A DNA stretch of 64,000 bases from Octopus vulgaris (GCA_951406725.2 OX597837.1:42036001-42100000); one strand, 5' to 3'. Positions 24,744 to 38,871 are shown, numbered from the stretch's first letter. Notes: a model not told the origin generated them from the letters alone. Made by a program: numbers and translations.

Positions 24744-25124
24744 ATTATTTGATGTCTATATATATATATATACATACATCAAATATTTCTCTATAACCAT
24801 TGCTCTAGTAAACACATTAATAACTATGCTTCACTGAAGAGGTCTAATAAGATTAAGATATATCCAGAGTTGTCCCCTTTGTTCATTATACTGCATCTTC
24901 TTTACACATTATATATTTCTAATTTTAATTAACAGAGACTCTCTTGCTTCAACTTCTGTTATCTTTAAAAAAACGGAGACCAACAAGTTCTAAAAGCATA
25001 GTTTGTTCTCCAAACGTGAGTGGTCACCGCAGTCAGTAAAACATTTAAAGATTCTACACTCTGTAAGTCTTATGTCAAGTTCATTAGGATTAATATGAAT
25101 ATCTTGAATTCAATTTTTGAGCAA

Positions 25125-25960
25125 AGATGGGATTCCTCTGAAGGACCTCTGAAGTAACATTACTCAAAGGGATGCATAGCTGAGAGATCAGTGAGTCTCT
25201 CCAGGTTGAGCTGTTACTTCTCTGTACTGAGGGGTCAAAAATTCAGTTCTATGGACATGTGATTAGAATGTCATGGAAAGAATTACAAGAAGGACTCTTC
25301 AAGCTAAGCCAATCAGGAGTAGACCAAAGACAACATCATCATCATCATCATTTAACATCCGTTTTCCATGCTACGGTTCAACTGGGGTCTGGAAAGCCAG
25401 AAGGCTGCACCAGGCTCCAGTCTGATCTGGCAGTGTTTCTACAGCTGGATGCCCTTCCTAATGCCAACCACTCCGTGAGTGTAGTGGGTGCTTTTTACAT
25501 GCCACCTGCACAGGTGCCAGACAAGGCTGGCAAACGGCAACGATCGGATGGTGCTTCTTACATGCCACCGGCACGGGGGCTAGATGAGGCTGGCAATGAC
25601 CACAATCGGATGGTGTTTTTTACGTGCCACCAGCACGGATGCCAGTCGGGGCGGTGCTGGCAACAGCCACGTTTGCATGGTTCTCTTATGTACTACTGGC
25701 ACTGGTATCACAGCTACAATTTCCATTGATGTTGATCGATTTTGATTTTGATTTTCACTTGCCTCAACAGGTCTTCACAAGTAGGGTTTGTGTCACAAGA
25801 AGGCTACAACATGGTCAGATAATAATATCCACAGTCTCAGTGGGTCATGTTTGGGAATCCAGCCAGAAAGTGTAATGATGGTTGCTTCTGAGAGGACCCT
25901 ACAGAGGAGGTGCCAAAGGACCTCTGCAGGAACGGTGGGCAGATAAAAATGGAAGGATGA
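25125..25960 (+). pseudogene. Old RTE LINE C-terminus split by a younger insertion
   Basis: MGFL...EISESLQVELLLL...QFYGHVIRM before, and DNIHSLSGSCLGIQPESVMMVASERT after, the 25337-25805 insert. Confidence 0.7.
25337..25805 (-). mobile_element. RTE LINE 3' UTR fragment (nested)
   Basis: Same UTR as 16289-17100 with ~3 subrepeats; 7-bp TSD-like acaacat at 25330 and 25806. Confidence 0.8.
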
Positions 25961-26498
25961 ATATGTAGAGCTTCATTTACTGAATCCAGTAAATATCAAT
26001 ATTTTTTGCCTGACTAGACAACAGCGACATTTCTATACTGTGATGGATGAAATATTTTATTTCTAGTTGATTTGGTGAGGAAATTCAATATTGAATTGGC
26101 AGATAGTAAAAAAAATCTTAGACAAATAGAAATCAAAAATCAAGACAACCTTTAAACAAAACAAAACAGATAATAATAACTGATATAATTGAAATCTTAG
26201 CTGCAATCATTTTTATTAACAAAAACCTAGTTAAAACAATTATTTCCACTATATTAAAATTATGGCTTGGAGTTAAAATCATTCCTAATTTAATTCTTAT
26301 ATGCAGTCATCTTCAGCTGTTCCAAGATTAAGAAAATTAAAACAAACGTCAATGCTTTTATTGGCGACAATGGCAAGACAATGCAAAAGATGATAGGAAG
26401 AAGATAAAAGATATTGCCATATAATGCATACATAACAAATACATACATACACTCAGATACACACATATAGATACATACACATAGATACATGTGTGGAA

Positions 26499-26881
26499 TG
26501 GAAGCACTCCGTCAGTTACGACGATGAGGGTTCCGGTTGATCCGAATCAACGGAACAGCCTGCTCGTGAAATTAACGTGTAAGTGGCTGAGCACTCCACA
26601 GACACGTGTACCCTTAACGTAGTTCTCGGGGATATTCAGCGTGACACAGAGAGTGACAAGGCCGGCCCCTTGAAATACAGGTACAACAGAAACAGGAAGT
26701 AAGAGCGAGAGAAAGTTGTGGTGAAAGAGTACAGCAGGGATCACCACCATCCCCTGCCGGAGCCTCGTGGAGCTTTTAGGTGTTTTCGCTCAATAAACAC
26801 TCGCAACGCCCGGTCTGGGAATCGAAACCGCGATCCTACGACTGCGAGTCCGCTGCCCTAACCACTGGGCCATTGCGCCTC
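26499..26881 (-). mobile_element. SINE family A (tail type 1), full length
   Basis: Near-identical to 1830-2216; flanked by atacatgtgt duplication. Confidence 0.9.
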
Positions 26882-27099
26882 GACATATACATGTGTACAC
26901 AATGCATTACACAGTGAATATGATGTTCTGATATGTGAGTATTTGCAATGAATTCAGATTGATCAGAAAATGGAAAGTTTGTTTCTGAGTAAAGAAACTG
27001 TTTCAGGGGGAGATGCAAAAATAGGAAATGTCAATGACACTGATGGGAATATGTCAAAGAGATATTGACAGGAGTGTGTAGCAGAAAGAAGCAATAATG

Positions 27100-27261
27100 A
27101 CAGTAAGATGTCAAAGAAAAAGCCATGACAGAGAGAGAGCGGGGGGAGGGAGAAAGAGAGAGAGAGAACGACAGGAATGTCACAGAGAGAGAGAGAGAAA
27201 GAGAAAGGCAAAGAACGACAAGAATATGTCAGAAAGGGAAAGAGAGAAGGAAAAGGGAGAA

Positions 27262-27300
<39 letters not shown>

Positions 27301-27457
27301 ATGATAGAAATATGTCAGACAGAGAGACAGGGACGATGACAGGAATGTGTGTGAGAGAAAGAGAGACATGGAGAATGATAGGAAGGAGAGAGAGAGAGAG
27401 AGGGGAGAGGGAGAATGACAGGAATGTGAGAGAGAGGGGGAGAGAGAACGACAGGAA

Positions 27458-27488
<31 letters not shown>

Positions 27489-27490
27489 GC
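27100..27490. repeat. GA-rich minisatellite with recurring gacaggaatgt
   Basis: Directly visible. Confidence 0.8.
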
Positions 27491-27928
27491 AAGGATCTCA
27501 GAAATCTGTTGGAGACAATATTAGGATTAAGAAATAAGATTCTTGAATCTATTTCAAAAATTGTTTTATAACACCTTTTTTTAAAGACCCATAAAAATAA
27601 AATTGATATGGCAGCTCAGATCTAGAAGATTTATTTATGGAGGGCATTATTTCTTAAAAACACACAGAGATAAAAACATGTAGGCACATAATCACACACA
27701 CACACACACACATATGCACCCACATAAACACACACTGATGCACACTTAGACACACACATAGAGAGAAGAGACAATAACACAGGCATATATACATACACAA
27801 ATTATTCTTGGATGTGAGACATAGCTTGGATATTTGTAAGAGTGGACTTCATGGGGGATAGATTAAAATTCCTCATCTCTAACTTTCTTTCACATATTTC
27901 CCTCTCTCTCTCTCTTTCTACCTCCCTC

Positions 27929-27963
<35 letters not shown>

Positions 27964-28054
27964 ACCCCGTACTCTCCTTCGTAATATCAGAAATGGACAA
28001 ATGAATCATAGCAAACCTCTAAAACTCTGCTCTCTTCTAAAGATTGATTGTAAG

Positions 28055-28560
28055 TGATTGAACTTGGTTGGTCAATGGTAATTGATTGAACTTGGTCAAT
28101 GGTGACTGATTGAACTTGGTTGGTCGATGGTGATTGATTTAACTTGGTAGGTTGATGTTGATTGATTTAACTTAGCTGGTTGATGGTGATTGATTTAACT
28201 TGGTTGGTCAATGGTCATTGATTGAACTTGGTTGGTTGATGGCGAATGATTGAACGTGGCTGACTGATGGCGATTGACTGATCTCGACTGATTGATGGTG
28301 ACTGACTGAACTTGGTTGATTGATGTCGACTGACTGAACTTGGTTGATTGATGGTGACTGAATGATCTTCCTTGATTGTTGGTGTTTGAATGAACTTGAT
28401 CTTGATTCATTGATAGCAATTAAATGAACTTGGTTGATTAATGGTGCTCCATTGAACTCGGCTAATGGATGGTGACTGACTGACTTTGGGTTATTGATGG
28501 TGATTAACTGAACTTAGCTGATTAATAGTGATTGATTGAACTCCAGTGGTGGCTGACTGT
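28055..28560. repeat. 28-bp minisatellite, ~18 degenerate copies
   Basis: Consensus approximately tgattgaacttggttggtcgatggtgat. Confidence 0.9.
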
Positions 28561-28927
28561 ATTAACCAAGCAAGTGATTTTGAGTTTTATACTTCCAAGC
28601 TATCAGCTGAAGCAGTCACACAAACTAAACACAGCAGTGTTGACAGATCATGAATTGACACAGGCTCCAACCCTGCCCACCACCCCTCATACTTTCCTCT
28701 TTTCTATCAAAAACATACACAAACATTCTTGCATAAACACACACACACACACAAACAAAACCATATCAACTTTCGAATGTAGTATTAATCAATATCTAAT
28801 TAACATACCAGTATTTAATGAGCAGGGTGAGCATTTCAGTTGGTTAAGATTTGCTTTTTTTTTTATTTTAATTTAATAAAAAAAAATAGGTAAAAATAAG
28901 AAGTTTACTGAGTAAAAGAAAACTGAA

Positions 28928-28928
<1 letters not shown>

Positions 28929-28992
<64 letters not shown>

Positions 28993-29003
28993 CATATATA
29001 TAA

Positions 29004-29035
<32 letters not shown>

Positions 29036-29280
29036 ACACATACATATATACACACATATATATATATACGCATATATATATACACATATATATATATACA
29101 CATATATATATATACACATATATATATATACACATATATATATATATACACAGACATATATATATACACATATATATATATATATATAATATATATATTA
29201 TACATACACATATGCATGTTTACATATACATATAGATAAATGTACGTGTATATATTTACATATATATATACATTAATATA
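28929..29280. repeat. (TA)n/(CA)n microsatellite
   Basis: Directly visible. Confidence 0.95.
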
Positions 29281-29859
29281 AGAATTAGAGAAAAGAGAAG
29301 GAAATAACGAAACTTCTTGGCTTATTCGTTTTTGTTATTTGATTTTTCTCTCTTTCCTTTTTCCTGTCACTTCTATTTGTGTGAAAACAAAAGAAAGAAT
29401 GAGGTTTCGAATTAAGCTGCAACAGCAACAACAACAACAACAACAACAGCAGCAGCAAAAGGCAAGCAATATTCTAAGGAAGGAAGAAAAAATAAAAAAA
29501 AAGCAAATTTCGTTAATAAAAAGAAATACATTAAGTTGACAAACTAGGATTTATTTTTCGGCTCCTTTTTGAGCGAGAAATGGAACGTACACATGCATGC
29601 ATGCACGCACACTCGCACATACACATGCATGCACACACGCTCACACATACACATGCATGTGTGCATGCTTGCACATACACATGCACACACAGCATTAAGA
29701 AGCTTACAAAAGTTCGCTAACAAAATCTAAAATTTTACAGGAATAATGTAATTGCTGTTACATAATTGCTTTCAAAAATTGGGAAATTTCATTAGAGTAA
29801 AATTCAAATAAATTGGACTTGGAAAGAAAAAAAAAAAAATTGCATTCTCTGTCTCTTAG

Positions 29860-29891
<32 letters not shown>

Positions 29892-30790
29892 ACATGCACA
29901 CACATATACAAACACACCTACACAGACAAAAAGAGAAAATAATTGAGCTAATGAATTTTTTCTTCCCCCCACTCTAATTTATGTTGGACTTTGTGTTTTA
30001 TTTTGCAGCGAGATGAAAGAAGTTTCTTTCAAGGTAGTCAACAGGTCTCAAGATGGAATGAGTTCAGTTTTTAATTACTGCAGCAATACAAGCTGACGAA
30101 ACTCTATTTGATTAGCTTTCTGCACAGAAAGAAACACTACGCAACAGGCACAATACAAACTGTACACACAGCAGACATGGATGGATGGAGAAAGAAAAAA
30201 GAAGAAGGAGAGGTGAAGGTGAAGAAGAAACAGGAGGAAGGAGGAGGAGAAGAGGAGAAGAAGAGGAAGAGGAAGAGGTGGAGGTCACACAAAAAGAAGG
30301 GTGTAAAAGAAGGAAGATTGAATGAGACCAAAGAAAAAAAATAAATCAAGATAATTATAGAAGACTAAAGGAGAGTAAACAATGTGAAAGAGACTTCAAG
30401 TTTTCGACTATATTTCACTAACCTAGACAAATTAAAGAAGGTATTTAATAATGAGGACAAACCAAAAGAAAAAAAAACCCAAAAGACTGACCAATTTTTT
30501 TTTAATATTCCACAAAACAGCAAGGGATATTCTTAATTAAAAGTCTTCTCTTGATCAACAGATTTGTTTGGTTTTTTTTTTTTTGGAAAATACCTCTTAT
30601 TGCAGTTATCAGAGATATTATTAGTCCAAGAGTCTAACAATAGACTGGCAGGCTGGTAGAATAATTAAAGCATCAGATAAAAGATGTTGGAGTTTTTAGT
30701 TCCAACCCTTTAGGTTTTGAATTCAAATTCCAACAAGACAACTTAGTCTTTCCATCTCCAGCAAACTGACTTTTCATTCTTCTAGGTTCT

Positions 30791-31275
30791 CATCATCATC
30801 ATCATCATCATCGTTTAACGTCCGCTTTCCATGCTAGCATGGGTTGGACGATTTTGACTGAGGGCTGGCGAACCAGATGGCTGCACCAGGCTCCAGTCTT
30901 GATTTGGCAGGGTTTCTACAGCTGGATGCCCTTCCTAACGCCAACCACTCTGAGAGTGTAGTGGGTGCTTTTTACAAGCCACCAGCACGGGGGCCAGTCA
31001 GGCAGTCCTGGCAATGACCTCGCTCGAATCCTTTTACACATGCCACCAGCACAGGTGCCAGTAAGGCGACGTTGGTAACAATCATGCTTGAATGGTGCCC
31101 TTTTACATGCCACTGGCATGGAAGCCAGTTGGCTGCTCTGGCAACGATCATGCTCGGATGGTGCTCTTTGCACCCTGCCAGCACGGACGCCAGTCATCGA
31201 ATTTGATTTTGATTTTGCTTTTGATTGATTTCACTTGCCTCAAAAGGTCTTCGCAAGCAGAGTTTTAGTGTCCAA
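30791..31275 (-). mobile_element. RTE LINE 3' UTR fragment
   Basis: (CAT)n cgtttaacgtccgctttccatgctagc...cacttgcctcaaaaggtcttc. Confidence 0.8.
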
Positions 31276-31289
31276 TCACATTTGATACA

Positions 31290-31665
31290 GAGGACATATT
31301 TCCCTGGTGTCCATGCATCACATATGATACACATTTCTTTTTTTCCAACTACCAGAGTACCTTGGAACTTATGAAAAGAAAGCTTTATATTACAGAGAAT
31401 GTATGGAACAAGGGCCAACTAAATGTCTGAAAACAAGCAGGGATGTTTAGAATAAACTTATGAAAATGCCTTGGACAGTCAGGACATATTACCCTGGAAT
31501 TCATTTATCATCTGTGATGCATATTACTGATTTTTTTCAACCACCAGAGTACCTCAGGACTCATAAAAGGAAACCTTTATATTACTCAGAATGAATGAAA
31601 CAAGGGCCAACTAAAAGTCTCAAAAGCAAGCATGGATGTTTAGGTCAAACTGGTGAAAATGCTTT
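31290..31665. repeat. Old ~191-bp tandem duplication
   Basis: aggacatatt...ccagagtacc...aacaagggccaactaaa...gaaaatgc starting at 31290 and 31481. Confidence 0.8.
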
Positions 31666-32174
31666 ACTCAGGCATAAGGTTAAGACAGTAGTGAAACTTA
31701 GCTTGTATTTATAGAACATCAAGTTACTACATAGAAATTCCTTTGTTGGTACCACAGATAACAAGATAACAAGCATGCTTATTTTTTCCCATTGACGTAC
31801 CACGTTTTATTAATCAGTGAAGTGAAGTGAAAGGACAAGAAACTCATAACATTTCAGAAATACTACTATTATTCAAATCATATCCTGGACGGATTCACCA
31901 CAGTCACATCCTCCTCAGAGCCTATGATTTTAACCAATTGAAACAGTTTTTACGCTTATAAAACAACTTTATTCCTGTTTTTTTTTGGTTCGGTGAACAA
32001 CCTAAAATCAAATAATACAATTTCACTACTTCTTTACTTATCCAAATTTGTCTAATCTGTCTTTATTTGTCACTAAATTTGAGAAGTCTTCTGCCTCTAT
32101 TTTCTTCTTCTATCATTTACACACAAACACACACACATGCACATATAGATACATACATGTACATACACACACAT

Positions 32175-32272
<98 letters not shown>

Positions 32273-32273
32273 A

Positions 32274-32373
<100 letters not shown>

Positions 32374-32392
32374 TCTTATAATGTATATATAT

Positions 32393-32701
32393 CACCGTGA
32401 CCGTGACTGACCAGGCTATCAGATGTTGCTACACATCGCTGGTCACAATGCGCTTCACATTGTTTTAGCCTTCAAATGATGCCATCCCACTGGCTAAGCG
32501 AGCAGGCCAACAGAAGAAAGAGTGAGAGAAAGTTGTGGCGAAAGAGTACAGCAGGGTTCACCACCACCCCCTGCCAGAGCCTCGTGGAGCTTTAGGTGTT
32601 TTCGCTCAATAAACACTCACAACGCCTGGCATGGGAATCGAAAACCATGATCCTATGACCGCGAGTTCGCTGCCCTAACCACTGGGTCATCACGCCTCCA
32701 C
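32393..32701 (-). mobile_element. SINE family A (tail type 2)
   Basis: Paralogue of 3604-3885; taatgtat flanks both ends. Confidence 0.88.
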
Positions 32702-34046
32702 TAATGTATGTACATACATATATTTTATAATAATTCTGCTTTTCATTGTTACTTAGCCTGTTGGTAATGCTTTCATGTGATTAAAAAGAAAGAGGGAGAG
32801 AGAAGCATCCATGATGTGAGGTAGAAGGAATGTAATTGTAACATTTTCACGTGATTAGCTGAAGAGATAGAGTGAGAAAGAAAAAGGAGAGAGAAAAAGA
32901 AGAGAGAAGCATCCATGACATGAGGTGGGGGAAATGAAATATTTATTATGTTGTTAAAAAAGTTAGTTGAAGGTAGAGATGATATAGAAGAGGAGAGTCA
33001 AAAATGTAATTTTAGCAGAGGGGTGATGTTCTGATGGTGGAGTTAAAGACAGACAGAGGGAGAGGGGAGAAAGAGAGAGAGAGAAGAGGGGAGAAAGAGG
33101 AGGAAGAAAGAGAGGGGGAGAGAGAGATGATGATGGTGGAGGTGGTGATTGGATAGTGGAAAGTGTATTTTTTAAAAATTGAACTAAGTTTTTTTATATC
33201 ACCTATCACTTAACGCATGTGCATAAGTGCAATTATGTGAAATATTCATGCTTATTTACATGGCAGGTATATGTTATTTAACTAAAGATTGTATCATATG
33301 TACAGGATATTTTGCTTTGTTTATGGAAAAAAATGGAAAAATAAGAGTGAATATTTATCTTATGAGTGCTGTGTATTAAGTCTATAAAATTGTGCATAAA
33401 GTATATAAAATACATATATAAAGTGCATTAAGTAATCATCGTATTCCAATTTCTTTCTCTTTTTAATGAGTATCTGATGAATGACCAGCTTTCCATACAG
33501 ACACAACACAGGCGATGCTTTAAGGTTTTTTTTGGATAAGGTTTTCAGAAATAACCCAATAGGTTTACAATTAATTCTGTGAAATATTTACAGGTCTTGC
33601 TAGTATATATATAAACACACAAACACATATAAACAAATACACACACATATATATAAACACACACACATGCATTTATAAACAAATATGCGCATATATAAAA
33701 ACACAAACACACACACACACACATACATACAAATACACACATATATATATAAACACAGCTGCGATATAAGCCACGTCTTTCTATTTGAACTTTCTGAAAA
33801 TCAGTGTAAACTGTGAAACCGGTTAAAACATTAAATATATTAAGAAAATGTATTTTAACTATTTTTAGTGCATTTTCAACTTCTATATTTCCTATATTTC
33901 TGCCCTTGTGGAATAACATAACTGTTTTCTATATATATATATATATTTCGATGGGTGAATGAATTATCCTATGTTTACCGTGAATATGTCGAAAGTAAAG
34001 GAATTTTATTAACATCTTCATTCAACTCCATTTATTTATTTATTCA

Positions 34047-34079
<33 letters not shown>

Positions 34080-34263
34080 TCATCATCGTTTAGCGTCATA
34101 TACATATATGTATAAATTAGAGAAGAACCACCATGTAGCAATTCAACAATGATATACTTAAATCATACCATATAGAAAAAATTAAAGATACGATAAAACA
34201 TTTACCTAATATTATTATTATTATTATTATTATTCCCTAATATTATATATATATGTATATATA

Positions 34264-34294
<31 letters not shown>

Positions 34295-34303
34295 GTGTGT
34301 GTG

Positions 34304-34334
<31 letters not shown>

Positions 34335-34352
34335 ATGTATATATATATATGC

Positions 34353-34391
<39 letters not shown>

Positions 34392-35072
34392 TATGCGTGT
34401 ATGTATATATATATATGTGTGTGTGTGTATATAAAACAAAGCATGCAAGGAAATAAGGAAATCAGAAATGGAAAAAACAAAACACAAAGACAAGTAGGAA
34501 AAAGTAACTAAATAAATATTGGTTTAAAAAAAAATAATAAATCTTCTCCATGATTAATATTTCTTCTGAACATATAAACAAAATATGTTAGGTTCTATAA
34601 CAATATTTGGGATTAAAAAAAACAACAAACACTAGAGAAAGCCCTATCATATCAAGTTGCTGATTTAGTACCGACTTGAAAATGACTTCTACAGAAGTAT
34701 TGATGACCACCGTCTTAATATATGTCAACAAGGGACTTGCAACGTGTTTGTTCCTTCTGGAAATAGTAATCCAATCTTCCTAAACGTGCAGCGTTTTTAT
34801 CATCTGGAATAACAAGTGACATTGAATAATGGATTTCTAGATTTACTACGGGACCTCACCCTTACCATACATACACACAAACCCAGAATGCTGAGTGGAT
34901 CACGAGTCTATCTGATCTGGGCTAACCTGGTGCTAAAGAACAACAATACCGACAAAATAATACGAAATAAAAAAAATTAAAATGCATAGATTTTTAGCTT
35001 TAACCTAATCAATTTTACAGCTAAATAATGTACACACACACACACATACACACAAACGCATATAATATACAT

Positions 35073-35404
35073 AGCCTCGCCTGGCCTCCGTGCCGGTGGC
35101 ACGTAAAAAGCACCATCCGATCGTGGTCATTGCCAGCCTCGTCTGGCACCTGTGCCGGTGGCACATAAAAAGCACTATCCAATCGTGGCCGTTTGCCAGC
35201 CTCGCCTGGCACCTGTGCCGGTGACACATAAAAAGCACCCACTGCACTCATGGGGTGGTTGGTGTTAGGAAGGGCATCCAGCTGTAGAAACATTGCCAGA
35301 TCAGACTGGGCCTGGTACAGCCTTCTGGCTTCCCAGACCCCAGTTGAACCGTCCAACCCATGCCAGTATGGAAAGCGGATGCTAAATGACCATGATGATG
35401 ATGA
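35073..35404 (+). mobile_element. RTE LINE 3' UTR fragment
   Basis: ~63-bp subrepeats, ggaagggcatccagctgtag, (GAT)n tail. Confidence 0.8.
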
Positions 35405-35959
35405 CATATATTATCACGCTCATCAGTTTAATCTCCACTTTCCCATATGCCCATGGGCTGGATTAGAAATATTCCCACACATACACACATTACAGTATTA
35501 ATCAGATCATCAGATGCTGTTATACACTGCTGGTCACAATGCGCTTCCAACTCTGTCTTAATTGTTCTATATTTTTCCATCTTGGCCTAAATTGTTTAAC
35601 TGAATTGTCTTCCCACTGTTCTAGAGCCCTTCCACGTGGCCTTTTCTGATCACTGCACGGGTTCACCTGTTGTCATATATATAGGCACACACACACAGAC
35701 ATTTCTGAACACCCTACACAGATGATTTGTTTAAAGTGATGGAATTTTGATGTACATTAAAACTCACTCCCTTGATCACATCAACATTGCCTGTACAGGG
35801 GCACAGTGTGCCACATATCAGATGCTGAAATGATCAGAGGGCAATGTGAGATGAAGTGTTTTGCTCAAGAATACAACACACCTAAGGTCATACAGCGGGA
35901 TTGAACCTGAAATCATGTAGTTGAGAAGCAAACTTACCACACAGCCATGCTCGCATCTA

Positions 35960-35962
35960 TAC

Positions 35963-36036
<74 letters not shown>

Positions 36037-36087
36037 CACACACACACACATCATCATCAGCATCAGTTAACATCCATTTTCCATGCT

Positions 36088-36145
<58 letters not shown>

Positions 36146-36231
36146 TGTATGTATGTATGTATGTATGTATGTATGTATGTATGTATGTATATGCATGTAT
36201 GTATGTATATACACATGTGTATATATGTATC

Positions 36232-36262
<31 letters not shown>

Positions 36263-36265
36263 CTG

Positions 36266-36298
<33 letters not shown>

Positions 36299-36341
36299 AT
36301 ATGTATGTATATGCATGTATGTATGTATATACACATGTGTA

Positions 36342-36398
<57 letters not shown>

Positions 36399-36601
36399 AT
36401 GTATGTATGTATATGCATGTATGTATGTATATACACATGTGTATTTATATATATATATATATCATATATATATATATATATATATATGTATCTGTATATA
36501 TATATATATATATACATATATATATGTATACATATATATGTATCTGTTTGCAAGATATATATATGTTAGCTATACATATGTAATATTACTGATATATGAA
36601 G

Positions 36602-36634
<33 letters not shown>

Positions 36635-36636
36635 CT

Positions 36637-36667
<31 letters not shown>

Positions 36668-36730
36668 TATATATATGTATATATATATATGTGTATGTAT
36701 ATATATAACATGAATATATATATGTGTATG
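35960..36730. repeat. Long (TA)n/(TATG)n compound microsatellite
   Basis: Directly visible. Confidence 0.95.
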
Positions 36731-37519
36731 TAAAATATCAAATTAGTTGGATCAAAGATAACCAAACCTAGTTCTAGTTGGATCAAAGGAACGTGTTTTA
36801 CTGGCTCTAGAAATGTCAACATGGGAACTAATTCATTGATATCTGGGAAATATGTTATGTTGAAGCAGTATAAAAACTATAGAGATATTTATTACTGCTC
36901 TTTGCAAGATAAATATGTTAGCTATACAGCCATGTAAATTACTGAGCAAGCTGAAGTATTAGCTGAATCCAATAAGCCCCTAACAAGGAGTGCTTGTAGT
37001 ATTTCCAGAAACATCTAAGATCAGCATCTATATGTATACATGCAATAAAAGAGTGTGGAACATAGAAATCCAATTATGTAATAATAGATATGGCTGGTAG
37101 CAGAAGGAGAAAAACTGCAGCCAGTGAAAGGAACGTGTTTTACTGGCTCTAGAAATGTCAACATGGGAACTAATTCATTGATATCTGGGAAATAGATTAG
37201 TGGTTAATGCAATAAACAAAGCTGAAAACAAATGTATTATTTCTGTGGGTGTCAGGCAGAGGGGACAGCATTTGTTCCAACCTACAAATGAGCATTGCTG
37301 TTGTTGTTGTCGTTGTTGTTGTTGTTACCATGGCTATCATCTAGCTACTCTTCATTATTACATTTATTACATTATTTTTCTAATTCCTACTAAAAGAAGC
37401 AGAGGGGAGAAAGGAAAAGAAACGGGATTGATGATAAAGGAGAATGTGGGAAATAGCTATTTCTGGTTTTGTCTTTTCAAAGGTTTAAACAAAGCGACGA
37501 CAACAAAAAAAAAGTGATG

Positions 37520-37815
37520 CTGTAAGCCTTTTGAGTAGATTTAGTAGGTAGAAATTGAAAGAAGCCTGTCATATACCTATGTAGGCATGCATGTTTATGT
37601 GTGTGTGCGTATCTACGTTGTGTAATAGTTGTAAGTGATTGGCACTGTTATACAAACAGAGTCATTCATTTCCAGTATTCTGTGAGAACATGTTTCGTTA
37701 CAGAGAAATATTACCTTGTTTGGAGACAGATGAGGGTTGACAAAAAGGTGGACACCTGCCTCTACTCCATCTGACCCATGCAGGCATACAAAAGGGGATA
37801 TTGAAATGATGTTGA
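37520..37815 (+). mobile_element. Diverged SINE B core with alternative RTE-like tail
   Basis: aagccttttgagtagatttagtagg...aaatattaccttgtttgga...gatgttgat; related to 62943-63425 and to 38498-38745 (-). Confidence 0.55.
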
Positions 37816-37870
37816 TATATGTATTTATGTGTGTATGTGTGTGCACATATATATACATATAATGCACATA

Positions 37871-38059
37871 TACCTATTTCTTTACTACCCACAAGGGGCT
37901 AAACATAGAGGGGACAAACAAGGACAGACATAGGTATCAAGTCGATTACATCGACCCCAGTGCGTAACTGGAACTTAATTTATCGACCCTGAAAGGATGA
38001 AAGGCAAAGTCGACCTCGGCGGAATTTGAACTCAGAACGTAACAGCAGACGAAATACCG
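37871..38059 (-). mobile_element. SINE family C body lacking head (about one array unit)
   Basis: Minus strand begins cggtatttcgtctg and ends aaagaaataggtat. Confidence 0.85.
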
Positions 38060-38259
38060 TTATTCAAAACTTATGAAAACAAGACATTTGTACTCAAAGC
38101 AAGAGCCGGTTTCAGCTGGGTTGGTATCAAAAGGGCTAAGAGAAGCTATTTAAGGAAGGAAGAATGATTTTATTGTTGTTGAGGTCATCTTCACCTTTCA
38201 TATCTTCAACATCAATACTAATGGGACCTGTGGGAATTCCACAGAGTGAAAAAGATTAA

Positions 38260-38468
38260 CCCTTTTGTTACCATATTTCTGTTGAGATGCTTTGTGTTTC
38301 TTTCAATTAATTTCAAATATAACAAAGAATTTATTAAAATAACTTAGTTATCAGTCAGCTAATGTTAGGAATGTAAATTGTGACGAAGATTTTAATTCAG
38401 AACTTTTGAAAACAAGACATTTGTACTCAGAGCCACAGCTGGTTTCAGCCGGGTTGGTAACGAAAGGG
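38260..38468. mobile_element. piggyBac-like MITE
   Basis: TTAA|CCCTTTTGTTACCA ... TGGTAACGAAAGGG|TTAA: terminal inverted repeats with TTAA TSD; partial copy at ~38062-38138. Confidence 0.8.
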
Positions 38469-38871
38469 TTAATCATTTGGTCATTACTGTACAACATATC
38501 ATCATCATCATCATCTTCATCATTTAATGTTCCAGTTTCCAAGCTTACATGGGTCAAACGAAATTTACTGACACAGATTTTCTATGGCTGGATGCTCTTC
38601 CTTTGGCCAAACCACACCTGTTTCCAAGTAAGGTAATATTTTTTCCATAACTAGACATGTTTTATACAGAAGACTGAAAACAAACAACCTCGCTTGTATA
38701 ACAATGCTGTTCATTTACAACCACCATTTGATGTCTATACAAGGCTACACACAAACAGACATACACATAGATACATATTGTTGCTACTATGTTAAACTGT
38801 TGTCTGTCCAAATTTGGCCAAATGCATTTTTTTTAAATATTTAATTTTGCTTGCAATAGCAGGTTCTTTTG

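Noticed and set aside
29339-29539. Poly-Q ORF
   Set aside because: Short (CAA/CAG)n tract with no splice context or domain.
31880-31925. Hammerhead-like CTGAGGA plus stem on minus strand
   Set aside because: The required GAAA after stem II is missing.
35947-36822. Long YI/MYVC ORFs (also near 28.9, 32.1, 34.2, 45.8, 46.6 and 52.4 kb)
   Set aside because: Pure microsatellite translations.
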